NCBI GenBank assembly: GCA_028278105.1
Contig: JANQEX010000091.1
Coordinates: 1-56,729, forward strand
Length of the DNA: 56,729 bases
Source: Alphaproteobacteria bacterium
GTDB taxonomy: Bacteria > Pseudomonadota > Alphaproteobacteria > UBA9219 > RGZA01
Direction of reading: 5' to 3'
In this document: piece by piece, positions 56,630 through 56,729 of the stretch
How the letters are laid out: each line of letters starts with the position of its first letter
How positions within the stretch are numbered: the first letter of the stretch is position 1
Notes under the pieces: generated by a model
Told to the model about the DNA's origin: nothing
The model's database searches: none
Seen by the model: only the letters and a program-made list of their open reading frames with translations
Made by a program: the position numbers and the translations under genes

Positions 56630-56729
56630 CTAGGGTCTGAACTCAATTAGAAATGAATCAAACCAAACAGATAACTGCTCATTCCGGCCCCCGCCTTCGC
56701 GGGGACAGGCTCCAGCCGGAATCCAGCAA
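56630..56729. mobile_element. Left part of a family-2 MITE running off the window
   Basis: CTAGGGTCTGAACTCAATT identical to 7166-7184, followed by REP hairpins. Confidence 0.7.

Overview
GC-rich alphaproteobacterial chromosome segment (Rhodospirillales-like gene order; taxonomy inferred only from gene content). The backbone holds purB-radC-map-greA, an ABC exporter, acpP-fabF, NAD kinase, a chpT-cheAY-cheW-cheY-cheB-cheR chemotaxis operon, ctrA, a flagellar cluster (fliI, fliJ, FliK-like, flhG, flhF, flhA, flbD, fliN, fliH, fliG, fliF), murA-hisG-infA-maf-RNase G/E-yacG and a polysaccharide GT4/flippase pair. Accessory cargo comprises a Phd/YefM-RelE/ParE toxin-antitoxin pair, a HEPN pair, a C-protein-controlled type II restriction-modification islet behind tRNA-Thr(GGT), a 1373-aa fused restriction-modification enzyme bracketed by two complete tRNA-Phe(GAA) genes with no integrase, and a Fic-MerR fusion. 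Intergenic DNA is packed with nested REP/MITE elements. The most unusual signal is a five-copy family of mirror-image 9-bp-period GGGTC/GACCC arrays that each sit at a stop codon and carry four G-tracts. All calls come from motif recognition by eye; no database search was run, and several start codons are my choice among alternatives.
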